A stretch of 33,317 nucleotides of DNA from Atractiella rhizophila (lineage: Eukaryota): positions 62,001-95,317 of the forward strand of contig MU271251.1 of assembly GCA_021432655.1 (NCBI GenBank). Direction: 5' to 3'. Position numbers and translations under genes: made by a program. A model generated the notes under the pieces. The model saw only the letters and a program-made list of their open reading frames with translations, did no database searches and was not told where the DNA came from. Positions 21,969-33,000 of this stretch are shown piece after piece. Within the stretch, counting starts at the first letter, position 1. Every line of letters begins with the position of its first letter.

Positions 21969-22253
21969 TAACATTAGTCCAAGCATTATCGTCCAGTTCA
22001 TCATGCATCATCAGGCACTGCGTTCGCGCCAGCTCGCACTTTTTATGTTGTCACTGTTCACAGCGCTGCTTCAGCGAAGTTCGGCCATAATTCGGAGCTC
22101 CTGTCACTTCCCGACTCCCCGAGCCAGAGTACACTCCGTCCCTGCCATCATTCAACTCTGCTGTTTCTGCTTCGTCGCAGCTTCGTCGATAACATCAAGT
22201 GTTGACTCCTCCGAGCCGGCGAGGCTGCGCAGAGAAAGGAGGCTCGCATCAAT
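21969..22253 (-). pseudogene. Possible decayed coding fragment
   Basis: A 95-codon protein-like frame (IDASLLSLRSLAGSEESTLDVIDEAATKQKQQS*MMAG...) has five internal stops, all TGA. No homology recognised. Confidence 0.25.
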
Positions 22254-22368
22254 CTATCATGGCAACTCATAAAAGACATCAGGTTATCTTCTCAAGTTCA
22301 TAATCCAAAACATATTGAAGTCTTACAGTCCTAACAAGCAACACACTCCCCACTCTCTTCCATCGTGA

Positions 22369-23327
22369 ATGTCGACTCCAGTCATCTTCTTCGGCGCCTC
22401 CCGCGGATGTGCTTTCTACGCCGCTTTGCACACTCTCAAACACACTTCACGAACTTGCTTCCTCCTCCTCCGAAAACCTGATCTCTTTCAAGAAACCGAA
22501 GAATATAAGTCGTTGGAGGAGAAACAGAAGAGTCGATGCGTCATCATTCCTGGCGACGCTTTCAAGAAAGAAGACATCCAAAGGATTTTCGAGATTGCTG
22601 GGAGTGATTGCAGAACTGTGGTGTCCAGCATCGGTAAGCAGTCATCCTGTCTTCCATTCACCATTTTGCGCGACTTATCGGAACGTTGAAGGGATGGCCC
22701 CAAGTCAAGGGCATTTCGGACTACCCAAATTGGAGTTTGCTTGTGGTGTCCAAGCGGTCTTTCCCGTGAAAGACGTGTGCGAGAGGAGCATGGCGACGAT
22801 TCTCGACGTTGTTGGAGACCTGCACAAGATTGATGGAAGAAAATACACTTTTATCGTCGTTTCTTCGATGGGTTTAGGGGACGAAGGACACAAGAAGCTT
22901 GTACTACCCTTGAAGCCTTACTTTGGTATGATATCCGTTCCTCACAGAGATAAAGAGGTTTCGTCTAGTTCCTCTGCATAGAAAGCCCCCTCGTTGACTT
23001 ACGGAACAGGCGATGGAAGTGCTCCTCTGCCATTCAGCTGGCGTCCCAATGCCACGGGAATACCCTGAGCCTCGTCTCCGACTCGCCTCCAAGCTGTCCA
23101 CAATGCCAGTTGGGACCATCGACCTGTTCCTCATCTGGCCTGCCATCCTCTTGGACGGCAAAGAAGCGCCAGCTGAGAAAGTGAAGGAGTTATCTGACGA
23201 GACGAAAGCGTATGCTATCAACAGATCAGATATTGGTGCTTGGATCGGACGGTTAGTCGAGAAGGGCGATGAGGAGATGAAGAAGAGTCCTTGGTTCGGA
23301 AGGAACGTGGTTTTGGCTACGAAGTAA
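22369..23327 (+). CDS. Atypical SDR / NAD(P)H-binding Rossmann-fold oxidoreductase (flavin reductase/BLVRB-like); 3 exons
   Basis: VIFFGASRGCA nucleotide-binding start, then GDA, VVSSIG, IVVSSMG, PHRDKEAME, PAILLDG and INRSDIG. Introns 22634-22691 and 22958-23009. Confidence 0.88.
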
Positions 23328-23452
23328 GGAGCAGACGATTCTTTGTGAATTCACTTCACTGTAAATGGCCTACAAACATGTACTACACTGAGTCCCGAAT
23401 ACTGAATTTGACTTTGTACAAAGAATATTCCTCTTCGCCTTGCTCTGCTGAT

Positions 23453-24368
23453 TCAATCCTGAGGTGTAACACTCCGCTGCCGCTGCAATGCCTCCTTTTC
23501 TCTTAAAGCTTTAGTCTCTTCTACGGTCAAGAATCTCCCACCAGGACCTCTGGGTCTCGACATGGCATGCTTATGCCTGCTCTCATGCAAATACGGCTTG
23601 CATGAAGAAAGGCTCAATCAGTGAGAGCCCCAGAGAGGATTAGAGAGACGGACCTTTCGCTGATCTTTCAGTTTGCCCAGTTCTCTCAGTCGCGCCAACG
23701 TAGCTCTCCGCTTGAGAATCCGATGGTATTGCTTCGCGTTCACTTGCAGCACCTCATCAGAAATCAGCGCATCGGGTATTGACAACGGTGCAACGGTTGT
23801 GACTCCTGAGGGAGAGGAAGCTGCAGAGGTCCCGAGTAGGTTGGCAAGGATGTCTTCTCCGTCTTTCGTGAGGCTGATGTGATGGCGCGAAGAGGCATTA
23901 TTAGCCAGGTAAAGCAAAAAAGAGCAGAAGAGTACACCGAATCTGAATAATATGACGCCGGAGTAAAGAGTTCCTCCGCATGCATGCCTACATTTGAGCG
24001 GTCCAGCCAGTGTGCCCTTTCGTGGGATGTGTGTTGGGGGTTCAGAACGTCGAAGTCGCTCATCCGTCGATTTCGAGGCTCAAAGGCCCTGAACTGCGGG
24101 TGGTAAGGTGCGTGGAAACGAGGAGACGGTGAAGTGATGTGCATCGTGGTAAAAGTGGGAGTCGCTTGAGAATACTCCGCGGCTGCCATTGACGCGTAGT
24201 TTTCCTCACCACCAATGTGCGAAGAAGAAGCTATTCACATAAGTATCAGTCAGCATTCCTACATTCTTTCAATGGACGATAACTCGTAGGTTTGTGCGGA
24301 CGCCAACGAAGGAAATAGTCGTGGCTGCCTCTGCCTTCAACATATTCACTTTCCACTCGCCTCAACAT
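23453..24368 (-). CDS. HAP2: CCAAT-binding complex subunit Hap2/HapB/NF-YA; start either ATG 24368 or ATG 24189
   Basis: [13 protein letters not shown]...[26 protein letters not shown] is the NF-YA signature, spliced across an intron at about 23598-23653. Another intron at about 23875-23935 shifts the frame from ORF 23764..24189. Stop TGA at 23453-23455. Further introns (about 24231-24283, 24379-24420, 24455-24509) extend the transcript upstream. Confidence 0.93.
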
Positions 24369-24547
24369 ATCCCAATCCCTTGAGACAGTACACTGACCGT
24401 GAGAATACAAACATGCTTACCTGCGTCTCTCGCTCGGAAGGAAGGGGAAGCCGTCTGTTTCGTGTCACATCACACCATCGAAGCAAGAGGGAGTAGAAAC
24501 ACACCATACCAATAAACTTAAGCTATGCTTCTTGAAGTCTGCGAAGA

Positions 24548-24609
24548 ATTGGATGAGGAAATAGACCTGAGCAGTGACACTTTTATCAGATCAAATTTTC
24601 ATCTGATAA
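24548..24609. promoter_or_regulatory. Inverted pair of ATCTGATAA GATA elements plus a CCAAT box upstream of HAP2
   Basis: TTATCAGAT (24583-24591), a 9 bp spacer, then ATCTGATAA (24601-24609). Both half-sites match ATCWGATAA, the known SreA/Fep1 consensus. ATTGG (CCAAT on the - strand) lies at 24548-24552. Confidence 0.55.
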
Positions 24610-25389
24610 TTTTTCGAGCTTAGTCTCTAAAATCCTTTAGTTCGATAGTGGCTTTGTAGCTAAATTATGCTTTGGTTCCGTTCGCGTCATTATATTGCTG
24701 CCCCTTTCATCTGCCCTTTTATGCCAGCAGTCACCATCCCGCGAACAGTCTGTCTCAGGATGTTATAACTTCTATTCGCTTGTACGTCTTCTTGTCCTTA
24801 CCTATCAAAACTCTGGCACATGAGTTTCCATGAGACCTGGACCCGAGACATGCTGAGAGACGAGCACTTGAAATGACTTTGTTATGCAACAATGAAGCGT
24901 CTGCAACATCTTTCAGCTTACGTCTGCCAGACAGAGATCATTCAACCTTGAACCGCATGAAAATACATAGAAACTGATTGCTCGAAGTCGTATCTTCTCA
25001 ATTTTCTCTTGAGTCAAGCTAAATACACGGCGACACGGCGCAAAGGGACGCCGAATAACCACTGATCAAATAATACCTTCTGTCTGCTAAGAGCATTCAT
25101 TGGCTGACCGTGAATGTTCCCCTTACTTTGTTCTGTGGCTTTGGATTTTGCAAGAGTTTTCACTGCCTTATCCTAGCAGGCTATCAACGATTTGCTTCAC
25201 CACTCGCAATAATTTATCTTCCATTCCAAGGGCTCAAAATTCGAAGTCTCACACCAAGGACACCCGAATCTTCATCTCGGTGATCTCAAAATTAATATAT
25301 TCTGTATAACGCAAATACCGCAATCGGTAAGTACTATCGTCTCAGACTTGGAAAGTGGAGACGCGATAGATTTAGCAGACGAAAAAAAA

Positions 25390-28300
25390 ATGCCTCGGAA
25401 CGTCAGAATCACGATTGATACTCCTCATTCTTCTACGTCATCTCTTGATACTCCTCAATCCGAGGAAGTGAGAGCCAGCTATCCGCCTCCACATCACGAA
25501 GAGTCGAGTCCTAAGGAAGAAACCCACCAACCGGGGCCATCAAAATTGACGCAGGCCGCCGCTGAAAGCCAGAACGTGGTCATTCGAGTCTATGAAGCAT
25601 TTCTCAAGCCTCTAATCTCTTGGTCATTTCCATATCTCAATTGGCGGTCATTCCGCCCTGTCGTCCGCTCCGTCATTGTCAGTCTCTCTGCTCCTATAAA
25701 ATCAATGCTGACTTAATTGAAACAGTCCGCACTTATAGGTCTCATCCTTCTCGTCAATGACAACTCCTTCAAAGCACTGGGAAATCTTCCGCCTTTCCTT
25801 CTCGTGGTGGCAATGATCTCCCCACCGTGCGAGACGGTAGCACAGCACGTGGAACGCAATCTGGCCAGCATTTTAATGGTCGGTTGTGCGTGGGCATACT
25901 CAGCAATCGGGTTGCGAATATCGTGGATTGTGCGACGGAATACGCCCCTGCAGGACGCGGCCGCCTTTGCTTCTTACCTGTCGGCAAATGGACTGACTGT
26001 ACAAGACGCTTTCGATGGGAGGTGGCTAGATACGAGGTGCAGTGTCGTATGTGCTGTTTGGCTTTCTGTCGGGTTCGGATTCTTGGTTCGTTTCTTAGTC
26101 CTAGTTGTGGAAAGAGAGTTTCCTGATTGTGAGATGCCTAGGCTTGGTTCAAGAGCGTTGTGGGCCCTGGTCCTTTCGTTTCTGGCGTCGTCTTCAGCAA
26201 TGTCGTAATAGCAATCACCTTTGCGAATGCCCAATTTTATCCTTACCCGAACTACTTTTATCCTGTGCGGAGCTTCCTACCCTCTCAGATTCAATGTTAT
26301 GCTGAAATGATGTCGGCAGTGGACATTCGTCCGACCTTGTTTCGCCCAACTCGCCGTTTCGACAGTTTGCTCCTTAATGATATTTCCAGAAAGCGTGCCG
26401 CATCTCTTCTCTCAACAGCTCTCGTCGGTCCTTTCACACCTAGGAGTTATCCTTTCTCGGCAAAAGGAAATGCTTTCCTATGCTCCAAGCAAGAAAGCAT
26501 GGGACGACGCCGCCTTCAACCTAGACAATCCGTTTTCAGCTGCTGGTGTAGAAGTGGGCAAGTTGGCAATGACGGAGCATGCTTTCAATAGGGAGGTTTC
26601 GTTCGGAAGATGGGATGGGAGAGAACTGAAGAAGCTCATTACAGAGGTCAGAACGTTGGTCGCGAGGACAAATAATTTCCTGCTCTTCCAAAATATCGTC
26701 ACCGTCAGAACGAGGAAAGGAGACCCGAAGAGTGAGGCTGAAGGGTTGACCATACGTTTGTTGGGTTCGAAGACCCGGTCCAGATCCAATGCGAATGTGG
26801 TTGTAGCTACAGGGGAAAGTGAGAGAGGTGGGGAGGCGGAGGAGGGTCGGTTAGCCAGTGCCAGAAGCTCAATGTACAGAGATAAGGATGGAGAACGCCA
26901 CCATCACCACCAACGTATTTCTGGTACGACTAGTAGAGGATCTCTGACCTTCCTTCGTGGTCTTTGGACATCGCATCGTCATCATCCGCGGGTGGGTGTG
27001 ATCGAAAGTCAGCGGTATATGGACTTGGAGGAGGCGTTGAAGAACGCGTATGATTTTCCAGCCTGTCTCCACTCAACAGCTTGGCTCACGAGAATTTAGA
27101 GCTGATGAAGTCAACCTAGACGAGTTGGTTGAGCTTTTGAAGACATCCACTGCGACCTTAGTTGCATCACTGGAGAAAGGAGTGAAGCGCCTCATTGACG
27201 TATCGGCTCAGCTAAGGTCGATCGGGATCAACCCATTTCGCAAGAGATACAATCACGAAGAGGAGCTCCGGCGCTCAGAAGAGCTCCTAGATCAGGTAAA
27301 AGTTGCACTCGACGATTTTAGAACGACCGGAAGACTCAAAATTCTTGAACCATACCATTATCTTTTTGACCCAACGGCTACCGAGAAGGACGGAGACTTT
27401 ACAGTCCCTTCCCACCGCGTAAGTACATTCTACCATGCATAGAGCTATCCAACGTCGGTGCAGGGCATTTATCTCGCTTATCTGTACGAGTACGGTACGT
27501 TTGCACTTCTCGCCCACTACAGCTGGTGAGAATCAGAATGAAAGGCCTCATACGCTGGTCGGAGTCTTTTGTATCTCTATTCGAAAAAGTGCTTGAGGTG
27601 GAGAAGAAGGGGAAGCATCGACGATTGTCCCTCCCTCGTCTGAAGAAGAAGCTTTTCACCACCCATTTAAGCGGGGACACCGTTGAGGATGAGGATCCTA
27701 ATCATGTGCCTGGTCTTCAGGTATGTTAGACCCCCATTTCTGTTTCTAGTGCTCTGGTAATGGAGCCATACAGCCCACCTTTATAACGGCTAGACGAGAT
27801 CCAGGTGCGCCGAACTCATCATTTGGTCGCATGTGACTGAAAATCAGGTCTAGATACCCTGCCACCAAGGCACCTGGGTCAGCACATCGGACATGCGATA
27901 TATCGTGCTTCCTTGACTATAACTCAGAGGGAGGTAGTGTTTGGAATCAAAGTAGCTGCTCTTGTTGGTATGTCGTCATGGAATTCCTCTACTAGAAAGG
28001 AGGTGTCTTATCTCTACCATTCAGCTCTTGTTTCTCTTCCCGCCTACCTCAGAGCTTCTGCCACCTTTTTCAATGAACAAAGAGGACTCTGGGCTCTTAT
28101 TCTTGCCGCCACTTCAGCGGGCCAATTTGTTGGCGATACTGTGTACGCGTTCTGCCAGAGAATTATTAGCACCTTCCTTGGGGCGGTTTTTGGCCTCGCA
28201 ATTTGGTACACGGGTTGTGGCTCAGGTTTGTTTCTCTGGGGACAACTGGATACAAACATTTTTCTAACCTCAAGGTAGGTAAAGGAAACCCTTATGGCAT

Positions 28301-29655
28301 CGTCGCAGCGGCAGCGCTCTACTTCGTTCCAGTCTTTTACTATCGCGTGTGCGTGTGCGCACTCTTGTTGCTTATTGCTGACTGACTGAAAAGGTATTTC
28401 CCCGTCCCGACCGTAAGCTTCAAACAGATCTCAGTCCCTCTACTGAAACAGATCTAGACGTCCGTTCTTGGTGTGATTACAACAGCGCTAGTGGTCGGCT
28501 ACTCCTGGTACGATTTCTACTTCTCTAATTGATGCCTCTTGTTGACAGAGTCTTCAGGTTGGATGGCCAGCACCCTGAAAATAACTTCAATGGGACCAAC
28601 TTTGGTGTGGGATGGGTTGGTTTGCTACTATACTGCGCTTGAAGTGTCGTTTACGATAACTAGGAAATCGCATGGAGAAGACTTCTTACAGTCATAATAG
28701 GAGTAAAACACTTCCGCTTCAGCCTCTCTTAGACTGAAAAGGTGTTAGGTCACTGCAGCCTTTATTTGGGCGTACGTCCCGCCTTCCAGCACCTCGAAAC
28801 ACTTCATGCGTCACGGGTTTGGGAAGATTATTCAAGAGTCGGGTCGACACTTTTGTGCTGTTGTGTCCTTCCTAAAGCACCAATCGGAGCCAGTTTCGAC
28901 AGTATCCCCCCTGTTACAACACAATTGGGTTGCTTTGAGGTCATCATCGTCGGAAGTGTTATTCATTACTGATCCCGATGTGCAGGTCAAAAATCAGGAA
29001 TCTCAGTTTGAGTAAATCATATATCAACTACGAATTATCTATAAAAGGTGACTGGCCCGAGGAAACATATAGTGAACTTGACAGACTTTCACGATCGGTC
29101 CTGGATATCATTCAGCTCTTCCTCGACGTCACGGGAACTTTGCCGAAAACATGGAGGGACGCTTTGCTTAACAGAGTACGATTCAGTGATCCCTGTTTCG
29201 TGAGTCATCCGAGTCATCTTGCTTTCGGAGCTCATTGAGATATCAAGATTTCCGACATTACTTCGGTATTCTATGAGCTCTCGACCTCCCTAAACATTGG
29301 CACGCCGCTGCCGCAATTCTACAACCCTCTTTTTGAAGCACTGGTCCACATACAATATGGTTTCGCGTTGGTCCCTTGGGTTGTCGTATTCTCAGTCTAC
29401 CTCGCTAAAATGGCAAACAGGATCGAGTTGACGCCAGAAGGAATCCCCAAGCACCTAGACATCGAAACCATTCAGAGCATGGAATACGTGAAGTTCAGCG
29501 TCGCAACTTCTTACGCTACCGCAATTGTGAACAGGCTCGACAGGCTGATGTTTATTGTCAAAACATTGTGTGGTGAAGATTACCGGATGATCGGGGACGA
29601 GGAACACGAACGGTTGCTCACGAACGAAAACGATTCCCAAGACTCACTTGTTTGA
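25390..29655 (+). CDS. ArAE_2/FUSC-like (Bre4/DUF2421-type) multi-pass membrane protein; about 18 exons
   Basis: About 17 short introns join the ORFs. Family-type motifs: WRSFRPVVRS, REVSFGRW, RRDPD.LPP, FFNEQRGLWALI..GD, R...TFLG..GLAIWY.G.G..GNPYG, LVVGYSW.D..GVGWEIAWRR...V.IG..AAFI, YELSIKGDWP..Y and RLDRL...VK.LCGE. Confidence 0.88.
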
Positions 29656-30004
29656 GGAGGGAGGTGAAGGTGGCAGCAGCCAACAATGACGAAAAACATG
29701 TCCTGTTGATGAACCATGGCCAATGGACCGGCACAATATCTTGGGAATGAGACTGAAGGGATAATATTGACACCGTCGTGTGATATAAGTATATATGCAT
29801 CCAATGGACGAAGGATGAGATTCACATATGTAATGCTCTGACAGACAAGGGAAATTTCAACGATACCCAGATGGGAAACAGACAAGTCAGACACTCAAGA
29901 AAATGCGAACTAATGAACGTAGAACGTAGAACATCGTTTCTCCTCTTCTTCGAACAGACCCAAAGCAAAAAAAAAGTGGTATATTCCCCTCTATCGAGAG
30001 CATT

Positions 30005-33000
30005 TTAGTCGATTCGTACTTCAGCCCATCCTGATATGATTCACATCAGTTTTTCGCGGATAAGTTGCAATGACTGCACATACCTTCGTTACGAGCTTTA
30101 CTCCCAAATGCTCTCCACTTCTTCCTTACAGCTTCTACCTGCTCCGCGTAAAATTCCTCCACCTCTTCGTCTGATCCCTCTCCGTTTTCAATTTTCTGCA
30201 TGATCAAATTCCCGTACCGTCCCCTTCCTACCCCAACCCAACGTAGCGGATGCTGCGCGCCGCCTTGACGAAGCGCCTCATCATCCGTAACACTGCGAAG
30301 GCCAAGTCCACGGCTGTTTGTATTACTCAGACAATAGCAACGAGAAAACGGAAGACGAACCTAGCATTTGCAAAACGCACCGTTTTTCTAATGCCAGGGG
30401 CTGTATCCTCTTCCTCTTTGCTATCCTCCTCAACAATAACATCATTAAAGATCATGGCCGTGCCAGGATGTTTCGCATCCTCAGGCTCCCCTTCCTGCCG
30501 TTTCTTCCCCTTTTTGGCCGCATAATCCACATATTCAATTCCTTGGGGAAGTTTACTTTGGCTCTTTTTCCTTCTTCCAAACAAGCTTCCTAACACCCCC
30601 TTTCGTCCGAGGCCACTTGGCGAAACTGCATTATAAGCTGTAGACCTCTCGGAGTTGAAGCTCGCTGACCGACGAAGGCTATTATAATCGAAGGAGGATG
30701 ACGAAGCAGCAGGAGAATTTGCGGCACCAGCAGTAAGATTTCGTTTCCTGGTGAGAGGACTGAGATTTCTCGAACTGGCGTTAGCGAGTGGTACTGATCC
30801 ACTGCCTGATGAAGTTCGACTGTTCCCCGTCGCAACGGACATGGACCGCTTTCGTGGAAGTCCTGCACCTGCAATAATACCGCCACCAGCTGACCCTGAA
30901 CCTGATGCACCTGAGATGGAGCTGTCCAAGGATGCCCTTGATACGATGAGCGGAAGAGTGTTCATTGTGCTTGGGATCGGGGCGTTTGGAGGTCGGAAGG
31001 GGAGTGAAGCTGTTCGTGCTCGTTGAAGGCCAAATGATATGGGACGACCGGGAGCTGGGTCGGGAGATGGCGAACGTGTCAAAGTGGGGGAGGACGTAAG
31101 AATTCTCTCGGATGGCAGAGTTGAATGAGAGGGAGTTAAAACGGGGCTATGTGCTGGCTTTGTTGGAGAAGGTTGATGGACTGAAGTCTGGATGTTGGAA
31201 ACTTGAGCAAATGAATTTTTCGGTGTGAGTTCTTTAAACGAGAGGGACCTGGCGGTATACATCGACAATCGTTCGACAGCTGGTGATGGCGGTGGGGACG
31301 ATGATGGAGACGGGGAAAACGATTGGTGCGATTGTGACGTCTTGAAAGAGTCAAATGAAGCAATTGAAACTATCGAGCCTCGAGATCCATGACCGCGACT
31401 CTGCTTCAGCCATTCCGATGCTGGCGATTTTCTTCCATGGAGAGAAGCCGAGCGTCGTTTTTCTTCCATGCTGCTGGGCAGCGGTGGTGAAATGACCACC
31501 GTATCCTCCCTCTCTAGTTCATCTCTCTCCTTCCAGCTTTCCACGGGATGTAGCCTCCCCGCCATGTCCTCTTCCTCCTCAGGCTCCTGATCGAAGGACA
31601 TTCGACCCTCAGCCTGAGGGGTTGTGACATCGAGCTCTTCCGAAACCTCCGGTTCAGCCCGCAGAAGCCTTTCGATCACTTCTACACTCGCAGCCGCCGT
31701 GAGTGAGCTGCCACCTGGAGGAGGCGGTCGGAAGAAGAAGCTTGTGCTACCAAGGGTGGAGAAGCTGGATGAGGAAATGGTAGATCCGGTCTCGATCGAA
31801 CCGTTTCGAGGCATGTGGATTTTCTCGATGGGATAGGTAGAGAGGATGGTAGAAGAGATGGAGCTTTCTGCGAAGAAAGGAAACCGTATATCTTCTCCAC
31901 TCGAAGTAGAGTTGACAGAATGGGCGGAAGATGAAGGATACGGCTGCACTTCGAGAGAGTTCAAGTGTTCTGCATCGTCCGAGAACATGTCTTCAAGTGT
32001 TGCGAATTCAGTATGTGTGCCACTGTCCGACGAAGCCTCAGCGATCTCTGCCTCTAGATCATGGGCCACAACTGCAGGAGAGAAAGAAGGTTCTTCGTCA
32101 ATGACAGCAAGAGCTGGAGTGCTCAAACCTTCCTCGATGTCAACTTCGTCCACTCTTCCCTCCTCTCCGAAGTTGATGAAGGAAGTAGATCCTGGTGTCG
32201 TCTGCATCAGCGAGTCAGAAAGTGGGTCGGTCTGGCGACCCAGACCCGCTTTTGAACTATTAAACCCCGCATCTGCTTCCGGCTTTCGATCGCCCGCCAC
32301 AGCCATTTCCGAGATTGCCTCTCCGATGGTGGCCGGGCGAAAACCCCAATCTTCTCGTTCTCCCTCTCCTTCTTCCAATTTGTACATATGGGTCGCAGTT
32401 CCATCTTCCTTTGAAAATAGACCACTGACCGGCCGAGAAAGAGAGACGTTGGTGCTCGTCGCTCTAGAAATGAGCGAATTGCACCTCTTCAAGCTTGCGC
32501 TCGCGTCTTCTGAGAAAATGCTGGGTTGATAACTAACGCTGGAGGAATGAGTGGAGGAGTATGACTGGCTCCTCCTAAGGCTAAGGCCAAGCTTCCTCTT
32601 CAAGGAATCTCCCTTCATCCTTCCATCTTGAATCGAAGGCGACAACGGTGGGAGGGGATCGATTGGAGAAGGAGGAGGCGAGCTTCGAGTTGCCGTGAAT
32701 TTATGGGACGTAGAAAGGAGCGTAGGGGACAAGGTAGTGAGTGTAGGAAGAGTAAGTTTGCTGTGCTGTGGAGAGGAAGGGACGGAAATGAGAGAACTGG
32801 TTGACTGAGAACCCGTGGAAGTTGCAATTGATATTGGTCGTAGGAAGGAGTTGCCGTCTGTTCGTGAATCCGCCGCAGACGTTGTTCCTGAGAGAGGAAT
32901 TTGAGTTTGGGAGCAGAGAGCAGAAAGTTCATTCGTTTGTGTCGAAGTTGGAGTGGAAGCAGAGAATGACTTTATCGGGACAACAGCTCGTGCGACAGTG

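Noticed and set aside
31624..32529. Antisense ORFs up to 227 aa
   Set aside because: They mirror the Ser/Glu-rich minus-strand gene, with no independent evidence.
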